IMG/VR virus record: IMGVR_UViG_3300045988_076381
Source of the DNA: a virus
Direction: 5' to 3' (one strand)
Length of the DNA stretch: 64,000 nt
The notes below the pieces were generated by a model, which searched no databases, was not told the origin of the DNA, and saw only the letters and a program-made list of their open reading frames with translations. This document shows, piece after piece, positions 1 to 9,088 of this stretch (positions are counted from its first letter, which is position 1; the number at the start of each line of letters is the position of its first letter). A program made the translations under genes and the position numbers.

Positions 1-145
1 CTATCATTTAACTTATTTTCTATTTTTAATACACACTTATTTTGAATAGTGCAAATATATTAATAACTTGCAGTCAAAACAAGATTTATATATTTAAATT
101 TAAAAATATAAGAAATAATATGTTTAACGCGTTAAATTATAGAGT

Positions 146-460
146 ATGAAATTTAATCTTAGTAAAATAGACTTTAGTCTATTAAAAGTTCCAGATTTGG
201 ATTTAGAGGAATTTAATAATGTTATAGAGAAGTATTTAGGTAAAGAATCTGCGGAATTTCTTAAAAAGGGCGGGAAAATTTATATTAAGAAAAAGAATCG
301 TGGAAAATTTACAGAGTCTGCTAAAAGAGCTGGACAATCTGTTCAAGAACATGCTAGATCAGTATTAAATGATCCAAATGCTACACCTCTACAAAGGAAA
401 AGAGCTAACTTTGCACGTAATTCTGCTAAATGGAAACATAAAGGAAAAAAGAAGAAGTAG
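146..460 (+). CDS. hypothetical protein, Lys/Arg-rich C-terminus
   Basis: 104-aa ATG ORF with no competing ORF; no family recognised. Confidence 0.5.
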   Translation: MKFNLSKIDFSLLKVPDLDLEEFNNVIEKYLGKESAEFLKKGGKIYIKKKNRGKFTESAKRAGQSVQEHARSVLNDPNATPLQRKRANFARNSAKWKHKGKKKK

Positions 461-796
461 GATTTATATATAATCTTATATTTAAATGATATCTAATACT
501 TCCAATAGCAAAATCCCACCCCTTCCTGTCTGGGCGATATTATTTAAATCTTCTTCCAAACCAGAACTCTTTCTACTAATTCTCAAGAAATTCAATATTT
601 TACATCTAAAGAATCCGTATATAAAGAAATGATTCAATCTAATCCAAAATTTGATGCTGAAGTTGATTTGGATAATATAAAACGAAGGGTTCTTTCATAA
701 GAATTTAATAAAGAGTAGGAATATTATATATAATAAACCTTCAGGAATAATGTCTAATATTATATAATAATATAAAAACAAGTAATATATAAATAA

Positions 797-1243
797 ATGA
801 GCACTGATTATTTAAATGAGGATAAAATAATAGCATTATTAAAAAAGACTCAAGCAATGGTTGCCGGAACAGCCAATGTTTCAAGTGGAACACTACAAAC
901 AATCTTTTATAATCACGAATATATAAATAACGTTACTGCTTCTATAATCTCTAATTCAGATGATAAAGGGATAAGAATAACAGTAGGATATAAAAACTCT
1001 ACTTTAGCTTCTAGATATAAAAATTTATTATGTATAACTCCTTTTCTATCAGAGAATGTAAATGTCTCGGATGAAAATTATCTATCTACAACATTTAAAT
1101 CTGCAATAAGTGGAAGTACTGTCGTCTCTTATTATATATATATTTATGATACAAATAATGGAGCAAATCTTAAACAAGGTAACTATATAAGCTTCTTAAT
1201 TCCTAATATTAATGATTCTAATGAACTATTAAGTAACAACTAA
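797..1243 (+). CDS. hypothetical protein
   Basis: 148-aa ATG ORF; no family recognised. Confidence 0.5.
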   Translation: MSTDYLNEDKIIALLKKTQAMVAGTANVSSGTLQTIFYNHEYINNVTASIISNSDDKGIRITVGYKNSTLASRYKNLLCITPFLSENVNVSDENYLSTTFKSAISGSTVVSYYIYIYDTNNGANLKQGNYISFLIPNINDSNELLSNN

Positions 1244-1256
1244 ATAATATTTAACT

Positions 1257-1481
1257 ATGAAAAATTTTTGGAATAAAGTAAAGGGATTCTTTTATAAAAT
1301 CCTAAATTATAAAGCTGTTAAGGTTATTATCTCAGTTTTATTATCTGCCGGATTAACTTATTTATTTAAATCTGCATTAGTATTTTTCTGCTTCTTAGTA
1401 TTATGGTATTTATTATATATCTTAATAGATAAGTGGGTAAAGAAAAATGACAATGAGGAATTAAATAAATTACATATTTAA
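1257..1481 (+). CDS. small membrane protein
   Basis: 74-aa ORF with two long hydrophobic stretches (VIISVLLSAGLTYLF, VFFCFLVLWYLLYILI). Confidence 0.5.
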   Translation: MKNFWNKVKGFFYKILNYKAVKVIISVLLSAGLTYLFKSALVFFCFLVLWYLLYILIDKWVKKNDNEELNKLHI

Positions 1482-1492
1482 ATTTTATATAT

Positions 1493-1532
1493 AAAAAAAT
1501 ACCCTATAACAATTAAGTTATAGGGTATTTTC
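1493..1532. terminator. bidirectional intrinsic terminator between convergent genes
   Basis: Perfect 10-bp stem accctataac/gttatagggt (1501-1510 / 1517-1526) preceded by an A-run and followed by atttt. It lies between the + gene ending at 1481 and the - gene ending at 1573. Confidence 0.6.
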
Positions 1533-1572
1533 ATTTAACATTATTAACACATAAATAAACACGCAAAGAAGA

Positions 1573-2202
1573 CTACTTGCTTATATTTTCAATCATCTCC
1601 TTAATAAAATTAAGGGATTTAAGATAATCGTCATTTGTTATATATTCTATATCAGAACTTTTTAACATTTCCTTTACCATCTCTCCGAAATTAGAAAATA
1701 ACTCATTTATATCAGGACTAGTACATTTAACCTGATCTATCGGTAATTTATTACTAGCTATAGGTGCTCCGATAGTAATCCCAACTTTAGCATAATCTGG
1801 AATTTTATCTAAATCAGGATTATTTAATTTATTTTCTAACTCATCTAAAGAATCTTCTTCTTCGTTAGGAATTTTATTTAAAGTTCTATCTAATTTCTCA
1901 TCGATAAGATTTAACGATGTCTCTATATCAATTCCATCATAGTCTTCTTCTCTATGGAAGTTATCTAACTTAGATAATATCACTTTAAGTCTATCCTCAA
2001 TCATATCAAAATAATCAGAGAAGCTCTTATTCATTTCTAATAGTTCTCTTAAATTCTTTTTATTCTCACAATCTCCTTCATTAAAATACTGAATAATTTG
2101 AACTAATTTCTCAATTCCGATTTTAGCATTATTCATTACATCCATCATAGAAGCATTTATACATTCTAACTCCTTATCACTAATAAGTTTTTCCATAATC
2201 AT
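1573..2202 (-). CDS. hypothetical acidic protein
   Basis: 209-aa ORF with its own TAtaTTTG box upstream. Confidence 0.55.
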   Translation of the reverse strand: MIMEKLISDKELECINASMMDVMNNAKIGIEKLVQIIQYFNEGDCENKKNLRELLEMNKSFSDYFDMIEDRLKVILSKLDNFHREEDYDGIDIETSLNLIDEKLDRTLNKIPNEEEDSLDELENKLNNPDLDKIPDYAKVGITIGAPIASNKLPIDQVKCTSPDINELFSNFGEMVKEMLKSSDIEYITNDDYLKSLNFIKEMIENISK

Positions 2203-2221
2203 ATTTTTAATTTAACATATA

Positions 2222-2229
2222 CAAATATA
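2222..2229 (-). promoter_or_regulatory. Bacteroidota-type -7 box TAtaTTTG
   Basis: Reverse complement of caaatata, 20 nt upstream of the start at 2202. Confidence 0.5.
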
Positions 2230-2269
2230 CTAAGATTATAGATCTAATCCTAAGATTAAATGTTAAATT

Positions 2270-2509
2270 TTATAAATTAAGATTTTTTCTTAATTCCGGA
2301 ATAATATTATTCAAATCCTTCTTCACAGCCCCTTGTCTATCTAAATACGATAGTTCTGGATATTTAATCTTTCCAAATTCATCTATAAACTCTATTGAAT
2401 CCTGAGATTTAAATTCAGGATCTGATATTATTATTGTTTTTATTTTATTTAAGTTATTCATTACATAACTATACATCACTAATACATTTTGCATTATATT
2501 ACCGTCCAT
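2270..2509 (-). CDS. hypothetical protein
   Basis: 79-aa ATG ORF with its own -7 box. Confidence 0.5.
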   Translation of the reverse strand: MDGNIMQNVLVMYSYVMNNLNKIKTIIISDPEFKSQDSIEFIDEFGKIKYPELSYLDRQGAVKKDLNNIIPELRKNLNL

Positions 2510-2544
2510 ATACTATTTGTTTAACTTTATAAATTATGTCACTA

Positions 2545-2552
2545 CAAAGATA
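2545..2552 (-). promoter_or_regulatory. Bacteroidota-type -7 box TAtcTTTG
   Basis: Reverse complement of caaagata, upstream of the start at 2509. Confidence 0.5.
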
Positions 2553-2618
2553 GTATATCTTTAATATTTAAAGAATGTATATATTATATAACAATAACAT
2601 GTGCAATTTAATTTATAC

Positions 2619-3071
2619 CTAATCAATTGCCCCTCCATTTGCTGGCGGAAGTTTTGGAGAGGTATTAGTTACAATAGTATCTAATTTAGTATTTGCCTGA
2701 ATTAAATTAGTATCTATACTAGAGGTATTCGTATGTATAGAAGTAGTTGTATCCTTTATCTGTCCTAAAGTTTCTTTAACAGGATCTAAATCAACATCAA
2801 TATTAGCTAGAGATGCTAATGCTGTATCTAATTTAGCACTAAATGTAGTAGTTAAATTCTCTATTTTAGTTATTAAATCTTGTATTTTAGTATTTGTCGT
2901 ATCTATCTTAGTATTAGTAGTATTTAATTCATTTACTACTGCTGATAATTTCTCTGTTAATAAAGCTATATTCTCTGTATTAAAATCTCCTACTCCTTCC
3001 TTAATCCCTTGTAAAAGTTGGAGGTATAGCTCATTGTAATTGGTTGTTTTATAAAAATCGTTTACGTTCAT
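2619..3071 (-). CDS. hypothetical coiled-coil protein, Thr/Asn-rich
   Basis: 150-aa ORF with heptad-like repeats (TNTKIDTTNTKIQDLITKIENL). Confidence 0.55.
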   Translation of the reverse strand: MNVNDFYKTTNYNELYLQLLQGIKEGVGDFNTENIALLTEKLSAVVNELNTTNTKIDTTNTKIQDLITKIENLTTTFSAKLDTALASLANIDVDLDPVKETLGQIKDTTTSIHTNTSSIDTNLIQANTKLDTIVTNTSPKLPPANGGAID

Positions 3072-3081
3072 TGTGATATAT

Positions 3082-3291
3082 TTAAATTATAAGTTCTATT
3101 ATTTTAGTATTGTCTGTATTTAAAATTTCTTCATTTTTGCATGGTTGAAGTTTATATGTATAACTCTCCTCTTCTGGAGTATATTTAGGTTCGGAGATTA
3201 TTTTATAATATCGTTGTAGTCCTTCTTTTATATAAAATGATTCTGGAAAAGTTAATGTTATTGGTGTAGATTCAAAAGTTGGATTTTGCAT
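3082..3291 (-). CDS. hypothetical protein
   Basis: 69-aa ATG ORF with a TAccTTTG box upstream. Confidence 0.45.
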   Translation of the reverse strand: MQNPTFESTPITLTFPESFYIKEGLQRYYKIISEPKYTPEEESYTYKLQPCKNEEILNTDNTKIIELII

Positions 3292-3315
3292 AAAAGGATT
3301 GATTGTTATGATTTA

Positions 3316-3323
3316 CAAAGGTA
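3316..3323 (-). promoter_or_regulatory. Bacteroidota-type -7 box TAccTTTG
   Basis: Reverse complement of caaaggta, upstream of the start at 3291. Confidence 0.45.
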
Positions 3324-3353
3324 TGTGGTTTTTGTGAGAAATCCTAAAGAAGA

Positions 3354-4108
3354 TTAAGATTTAATTATATTATCATATTTAACTCCATTCCAATAAGGAT
3401 ATAGATAATAATCATCAAGTTTAGCATTTCCGATTCCTACATATTTTTCAAATTCGTCTAATTCATTTATTGGAGTATTCTTGAAATCATCTATTAAACG
3501 AGTATAAAAATCTAGAATAGTAAAATTATTAAATAATACTGTACTTTCTTTATATCTTTCTACTTTTATAAAACCTAAATCCTCTAACAATTTCTCTCTT
3601 TTAATTAAAATATTTTTAGATTTAATCTTTAAAAGTTTTTGTAATAGAGATTTAGTAATAATTAATTTTGGATTTAAGTTATATTGTTTGAAAAATGAAG
3701 TTAGTAATAAACATATAACTCTAATTTCTATATTTCCAACAGGACTACATACAATATATAAATCACTAAAATTATCGCAGAAAGTATATTCATAAACATA
3801 CTCTCCACTATGAGAGATTACATTTTCTTCTGCTTGTTCTTTTGTTTTATCTTCTTCTTTTTTATCTTCTTTGATTGGGATATAATCTTTAAAGATTGTA
3901 ACAACTTTATCTGAATTAAACCATTCTGGCGATCTATTCTATATTCTTCACATAATTTATGTAAATTAGATTCATCTTTACGACTTCCTTCTTTCGAATC
4001 TAATAATATGGCTGTAGGGTTATGTTGTTTATATTGATCAAATCTATGTTCTAAATTAGTAGTATATCCTATTTTATATAAATTTCCTGATTGAATTAAG
4101 TATATCAT
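3354..4108 (-). pseudogene. T5orf172 (GIY-YIG-superfamily) domain protein, disrupted by a 1-nt frameshift near 3927-3934
   Basis: ORF 3818..4108 carries IYLIQSGNLYKIGYTTNLEHRF...LHKLCEEYRID. The expected EWF end of the domain (SPEWFNSDKVV...) continues in another frame with no start codon and runs uninterrupted into ORF 3354..3590. Confidence 0.6.
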
Positions 4109-4566
4109 TCTATTTCGTATTTAATAATAGTGTTAAATTCTCTACAATTTTTTAATGCTTCTTCAATTTGGTTTGTATTTCCTTTAAAAAAATATCTCGG
4201 ATTTAAATAATAGATTCCTTTATATGTAGGATCTTTAAATATAACATTTTTTTTACATAAGGAAGTTAAACAATTTTTTATTGTTCCTTCTGTAATTCCA
4301 CAATTATTTATTATATCCGCTTTTAATTTCATATTAATAACTATCTGATTTCCATATTCCTTATCTACTTCTTTTATATATTGTGAATTTTTCCATAAAT
4401 ATAAAAGTACTTTATATTCACTCATCGTTTTTATTCCAAGTAATCCTGTTATATCCTCTAAATATACTTGAATAAATTCACTAGATTTAGTTTTCTTTAC
4501 TATTTCAAACTCTTGAAGAGTTTCTCCCGCAAAAGTGTTAGTAATTTCTTCTTTAGTTATATTCAT
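4105..4566 (-). CDS. RepL-like / winged-helix DNA-binding protein (putative)
   Basis: 153-aa ORF. The pattern FIQVYLEDI...YKVLLYLW...GITEGTIKNCLTSLCKKNVI...YYLNPRYFFKG resembles the RepL-type layout, from memory only. Confidence 0.4.
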   Translation of the reverse strand: MNITKEEITNTFAGETLQEFEIVKKTKSSEFIQVYLEDITGLLGIKTMSEYKVLLYLWKNSQYIKEVDKEYGNQIVINMKLKADIINNCGITEGTIKNCLTSLCKKNVIFKDPTYKGIYYLNPRYFFKGNTNQIEEALKNCREFNTIIKYEIE

Positions 4567-4586
4567 AATTATTTAATTTTACATTA

Positions 4587-4594
4587 CAAATATA
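4587..4594 (-). promoter_or_regulatory. Bacteroidota-type -7 box TAtaTTTG
   Basis: Reverse complement of caaatata, 21 nt upstream of the start at 4566. Confidence 0.5.
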
Positions 4595-4642
4595 ATAATA
4601 TAAATTTATATTACCAAATATAAAAGACTGAAATTTTTAATC

Positions 4643-4695
4643 ACTCCCCAAATGACTTATGTCATTCCCCAGATGACTAACCATAATTTGGGGAA
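4643..4695. repeat. three copies of a TCCCCA(A/G)AT motif (two direct, one inverted), operator/iteron-like
   Basis: cactccccaaatgactta, cattccccagatgactaa, then the inverted aatttgggga. They lie just upstream of the promoter of the RepL-like gene. Confidence 0.5.
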
Positions 4696-5063
4696 TTACT
4701 AATTCTCTTGTAACTAGTTGATTGTCAGTATGTTATATAAAATTCTCTTATCTAAAGATTTAACCTCAATCATCTCCGATGATTTCGGATCTACCCCTAC
4801 CCCCTTCAAAGGGGTAAGTTTTTTTGCTTCGCAAAAAATCTTGAGCTGGGAGTCTCTTTATATTTAAAATTTATCTATTATATAAAATTTATATTTAAAT
4901 ACCTCATATATTTAAAATTCCCATATATCTTAAATATTTTATATTTAATACAATCTTCATACCTCATTCCGAAGAAAATTTAAAAATTTTATTTTATTTA
5001 AATCCTAAAATTTCATACTTTTCCTCTTAAGAAATTGTAAAATGGAGGAGAAATTTATTGTAT

Positions 5064-6092
5064 TTATATTAAATCTATATTATTTAAGTTATTATATATA
5101 TTCACAATCCTTTCCTTAAATTCTTTAATAGATAAATTACTCTTCATTACATTAATCTTATCCTCACAAATAACAATATTTCCTTTTATATATCCTTTAT
5201 TAGAATCTATCCTATCCACAGAAGGTCTATAATCTTTTGAAAACGGGATTCCAGAATAATAACATTTCCCCTCTTGTGCTTTGTACATCTCATTTAAATA
5301 TTCTTCTGTAATATCCAATTCCTTTTTTATATTATTTTTATTACTATAATTATATTTTCTATACTCACAATTTCTTTTACATTTATCTAATAACCACTTT
5401 CCTATATTTTCCCATTTCTTTTCTTCCTCTTCATCTCGTGCACACTTACTACATAAGAAATTTCTATGCTTATCAAATTTAGAAGGATCTGTTTCTCCAC
5501 ATTTTATACATAATTTATCAGAGTGTTTATATATAACCCTTTCTTCAGTATTCTCACCTTTTAATAATTTAGAATTAACTTGATATCCTTTAGGTGTTTT
5601 TAAAAGAGTGTACTTAGGATGTGAGATTTTTAAAGTTATATCTTTTGTATTCTTAAGTATTCCAAATAAACCTTCTGTATTAAATTCTTTTAATCTTCTT
5701 GTAATATTATAAATAGTTCCAATAACACAATCTATATTATTATCATCTAAAATTCGTTTTAATTCTCTAGCTGGAATTTTATCATATGATGGTAGAATGT
5801 TATAAAACATTAGAATGAAAGCTTTGTTGTTTAATGTTAGATCTGGATTAGTTAAAAAATCTGGACAAGATAATGATGTATGAATTTTAAATCTTGGAGC
5901 GAAGCCATTGCTGGAACAATCTTCAATATCTCCAGATGAAATTAAATGTTTTGTGGATACTTTTATTACTTCATCACTTATACCGTAAGTAGATAATTGG
6001 GAAGATAAAATACTTGCAATTTCGTCTTCTTCTTTAAATGCATTAAGGATTCTTAATACTACTTCTAATTTAAAATTTTCAATTGTTTTCAT
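5064..6092 (-). CDS. HNH-like nuclease-domain protein with zinc ribbon (putative)
   Basis: 342-aa ORF with CIKCG...CSKC, then a C-terminal GKCYYSGIPF...SVDRIDSNKGYIKGNIVICEDKINVMKSN (DRID...N...K HNH-variant pattern). Confidence 0.4.
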   Translation of the reverse strand: MKTIENFKLEVVLRILNAFKEEDEIASILSSQLSTYGISDEVIKVSTKHLISSGDIEDCSSNGFAPRFKIHTSLSCPDFLTNPDLTLNNKAFILMFYNILPSYDKIPARELKRILDDNNIDCVIGTIYNITRRLKEFNTEGLFGILKNTKDITLKISHPKYTLLKTPKGYQVNSKLLKGENTEERVIYKHSDKLCIKCGETDPSKFDKHRNFLCSKCARDEEEEKKWENIGKWLLDKCKRNCEYRKYNYSNKNNIKKELDITEEYLNEMYKAQEGKCYYSGIPFSKDYRPSVDRIDSNKGYIKGNIVICEDKINVMKSNLSIKEFKERIVNIYNNLNNIDLI

Positions 6093-6118
6093 ATTATGTT
6101 TTTTGTTGTTTAGTTATA

Positions 6119-6126
6119 CAAAGATA
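6119..6126 (-). promoter_or_regulatory. Bacteroidota-type -7 box TAtcTTTG
   Basis: Reverse complement of caaagata, 27 nt upstream of the start at 6092. Confidence 0.5.
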
Positions 6127-6336
6127 GAGTAGATAATCTAAATAAAAAATAATTTTTAAAATTTTTTGTATTTTAAAGTAGATAGGGTTTTTAGTTTTAT
6201 ATTGTTCTATAATAACTAAGCAAAAATAAAAATTTTTTTATAAAAAATTTCTGTAGCTCTGAAAATTTAAGATCTATCACACCCTACACCCCGTGACCAT
6301 CTTTGAATAAAAAACATTAAATAAAACGTAAAGATT

Positions 6337-6762
6337 ATGAAAGGTAGAAGTAAATTTTCACAAGGTCTGTCTAAAGAATTATTAAATTCCCCAGTTATAG
6401 TTCGTAACGCAGAAGGCGGACGTGAAATTGGAGACGTTGTCGACTTAAGTAATGCAACATTTAACCCTGAATATAAGTTCACAACTCAGGATGGACAAGA
6501 ACGTGTTGTTCAAGGTTTTGTTCGTGGAGAGGGAGAAGCACAAACACTGGTTATCTCTTTATCTCAGCTCGTAAACAGAGTCAATGGACTGGATGAGGCA
6601 AAATCGGGGTTAATGAAGCAACTCCGGAAATGCACGACCTTAGGAGAAATCCTAGAGGTTATGGATGATGTTGAAGCTGTCAAAGTCATTGACGTGAAAC
6701 GCGTCCCGAATCGTTTCGTTCCTGGCACAGAAAGAACTCTGTGTCTCTGGGATGAGGCTTAA
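6337..6762 (+). CDS. hypothetical protein in a GC-rich island
   Basis: 141-aa ATG ORF. Codon and GC usage differ visibly from all neighbours. A strong terminator hairpin follows. Confidence 0.6.
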   Translation: MKGRSKFSQGLSKELLNSPVIVRNAEGGREIGDVVDLSNATFNPEYKFTTQDGQERVVQGFVRGEGEAQTLVISLSQLVNRVNGLDEAKSGLMKQLRKCTTLGEILEVMDDVEAVKVIDVKRVPNRFVPGTERTLCLWDEA

Positions 6763-6763
6763 T

Positions 6764-6795
6764 ATAAAGGATAGCTAATGCTATCCTTTATTTAT
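6764..6795 (+). terminator. intrinsic terminator
   Basis: 12-bp stem ataaaggatagc/gctatcctttat, loop taat, then a T-rich tail. Confidence 0.6.
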
Positions 6796-6832
6796 ATTAT
6801 GTATTATTATTAAAAAATTAACACAAGATATC

Positions 6833-7243
6833 ATGAAAAAGATTAAAAATTTAACACAAGAAGATTACAAAGAACTGAGTCAAAAACTTAACTCACTCAA
6901 AAGAGAAAATCTACATCATCCAATGGAGAAATCCTATATAAGAAAGGAATTAGCTAAAATTCTCCCAATTAGAGAAGGATTAATTTTAAAATTCCTGTCT
7001 GAGGTAGGTATTTTAGAAAATACTTCCACAAGAACTGTGGACTGGACTGATGAAAATCCTATTTATGTAGGAAAAGTTAAAAGTGCTCTGGAATTATTTA
7101 GAGAATATAATCTAGAACGTAATATGAGTATTACAGAAGCAAGAAAGCAAAAATCATTCTCTGTTGAGGATGCGATAAAACTATTGCTCGAAACAGGAGA
7201 GTATAAAATATATAAAAGAAAAATCGAATGGGTTGAAATATGA
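6833..7243 (+). CDS. hypothetical protein
   Basis: 136-aa ATG ORF. Confidence 0.5.
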   Translation: MKKIKNLTQEDYKELSQKLNSLKRENLHHPMEKSYIRKELAKILPIREGLILKFLSEVGILENTSTRTVDWTDENPIYVGKVKSALELFREYNLERNMSITEARKQKSFSVEDAIKLLLETGEYKIYKRKIEWVEI

Positions 7244-7254
7244 CCTATTCGATT

Positions 7255-7297
7255 TACCTAGAATGGTTAATGAAGGTTCGTTTCCTTCACTAGGTAC
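7255..7297 (+). other. tRNA-like minihelix (acceptor stem + T-arm only)
   Basis: tacctag...ctaggta is a 7-bp acceptor-like stem. It encloses aatggttaat and a T-arm gaagg-ttcgttt-ccttc. There is no anticodon arm. Confidence 0.3.
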
Positions 7298-7307
7298 TAA
7301 GGGAGTT

Positions 7308-7348
7308 GTGATAATATTTTTTAAGTGATAATATTTTTCAAGTGATTA
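7308..7348. repeat. iteron-like direct repeats (A)GTGAT(A/T)A with 17-nt period
   Basis: gtgataatattttt at 7308 and 7325 and gtgatta at 7342. A further tgtgattc at 7369 lies inside the hairpin tttgtg...cacaaa. Confidence 0.5.
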
Positions 7349-7585
7349 GAAGTGAGAGATGGGATTTTTGTGATTCTAAACCACAAATTTCCCCCTTCTC
7401 ACAGCATTAATCCACAACACCACTAAAAATTTTCTCCATAGTTCGTAAAACCATGGAAAATCCTGTGTTAATGAAAGAGGTGAGACAAGTTCTAATCTTG
7501 AACCCTAATCACCTCTTATTTGCCTCTAGTATCAATAAATATATAAGCTGTCGTGTCTATAATTTATAACTTTAAATTTAAAATT

Positions 7586-7735
7586 ATGGAATCAATATTA
7601 ATTATTTTAACAGTACTTAATGCAGTATGTATAACTGCGTTAATAGTATTATTACAAAACATTAAAAAGACAGCTAGTCCTTGGATGTATAGAATATATC
7701 TATTCTTTACAATATTAGCTCTTCTCTTTTGTTAA
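7586..7735 (+). CDS. small membrane protein
   Basis: ATG-initiated 49-aa part of track ORF 7553..7735; two hydrophobic segments. Confidence 0.4.
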   Translation: MESILIILTVLNAVCITALIVLLQNIKKTASPWMYRIYLFFTILALLFC

Positions 7736-7892
7736 ATAAGAGTTATAATATAAATTACAAGGATTGTTAGATAAAGATCTATGATATATTATCTAGATCA
7801 ACATATTCAGATCGCTAGAAATATGATTATGATATATGTTTAAACATATGATGATAAGTATATAATTATATATCTTATTTAAGGATATGTAA

Positions 7893-7965
7893 GGTCCCAT
7901 AGCGTAAAGGTTAACGCAAAACACTCATAATGTTGAGATTCTAGGTTCAAGTCCTAGTGGGACCA
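7893..7965 (+). tRNA. tRNA-Met (anticodon CAT; could also be a lysidine-dependent Ile2 type)
   Basis: Hand-folded cloverleaf: acceptor ggtccca/tgggacc, D stem gcgt/acgc, anticodon loop ctCATaa, T-arm ctagg-ttcaagt-cctag. Confidence 0.85.
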
Positions 7966-8090
7966 CGATATTGATTTTCAGGATTTCTGAGGTTTAGAAT
8001 TTCTGGATTAATGTTTTTTGTAATTTTTTTCATGATCAGTGTTTAACATTAGCAACATTTAATGAGATGTGATATCTCCTTCCTTATTAA

Positions 8091-8113
8091 GGAGAGTTAA
8101 TACTCTCCTTTTT
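8091..8113 (+). terminator. intrinsic terminator-like hairpin
   Basis: ggagag-ttaata-ctctcc followed by ttttt. It overlaps an alternative hairpin ctcctt...aaggag (8076-8094). Confidence 0.45.
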
Positions 8114-8229
8114 AAATTTGTTTATTATGAGAAAGATAGATATAAAATACATAATGACAATAATAGGAATATTTATATTTCTATTATTATTATCTTCATT
8201 AGAATCAATCATTAATTCTATTTAAATAA

Positions 8230-8303
8230 GAGCGAATATCCAAATTGGTTAAGGGAATAGTCTGCAAAACTATATTGTGAGAGTTCGAATCTCTCTTCGC
8301 TCT
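8230..8303 (+). tRNA. tRNA-Cys (GCA)
   Basis: Acceptor gagcgaa/ttcgctc, anticodon arm atagt-ctGCAaa-actat, T-arm gagag-ttcgaat-ctctc. Confidence 0.85.
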
Positions 8304-8420
8304 CATTAAATATTATATTTAAAAGGTTATATTCGGAAATATATAAGAATGATATCTTTTAAATACTTTAAAATTATATTAATTAAAATAAATAAAAATA
8401 ATCTTTTAAATATAATAATT

Positions 8421-8690
8421 ATGAAGATCGTGATTAATAGATCCGGAATTGGATTAAATCTATCTCTACCAGCTATAGAGTATTTAATTAAATATAAAGT
8501 AATTAAGTCTCCATTAGATATGAGAAATATTAATAGGAGTAGCCCAAGATTGGTAAGATGTATCGAAGTATTAGGAGATAACGCATCTTTAGATATGTTA
8601 GAAACGATAACAGTTAGAGATGATTTTAAATATAAAATCTCTGAAATCCAAATAGGTAACATCCATAGAGAAATTATCCTCATGGAGTAA
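8421..8690 (+). CDS. hypothetical protein
   Basis: ATG-initiated part of track ORF 8349..8690. The antisense ORF 8327..8683 is low-complexity Ile/Leu and is rejected. Confidence 0.4.
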   Translation: MKIVINRSGIGLNLSLPAIEYLIKYKVIKSPLDMRNINRSSPRLVRCIEVLGDNASLDMLETITVRDDFKYKISEIQIGNIHREIILME

Positions 8691-8858
8691 GATATTTACA
8701 TATGTAAATCTAATTAGTGTACAATAATTAGATATTCCAAGCTCTACTGGTTACAGAGTATAAATAAACCTAGATTTTTAGATTTCCAAATTGACCTAAA
8801 ATCTAATATCTTAGGATTAGATATAAAATAAGCGTGGAATACTTATTGTTAAATCAAC

Positions 8859-8928
8859 TTCTTAGTAGTTTAACTGGTGAAAATGTCATATACAGTAGGA
8901 AATATTAGTTCGAATCCAATCTAAGAAG
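8859..8928 (+). tRNA. tRNA-like sequence, probable pseudo-tRNA (anticodon arm not foldable)
   Basis: 7-bp acceptor ttcttag/ctaagaa, D-loop with GG, T-arm attag-ttcgaat-ccaat (one A-C mismatch). I could find no 5-bp anticodon stem. Confidence 0.3.
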
Positions 8929-9088
8929 TGATAAAGAAACTCATATAATTCATATCTTAATATTAACCCGAAAAAAGGGCAACAGTAGGGTTGGGGTGGG
9001 TTCAGTGCCCTTGAGATAGTATCAAAATCAGCAATAATGCAGATGAGCTGTAACCACCCCTTTTATTAATAATTTTGTTTATATTCTA

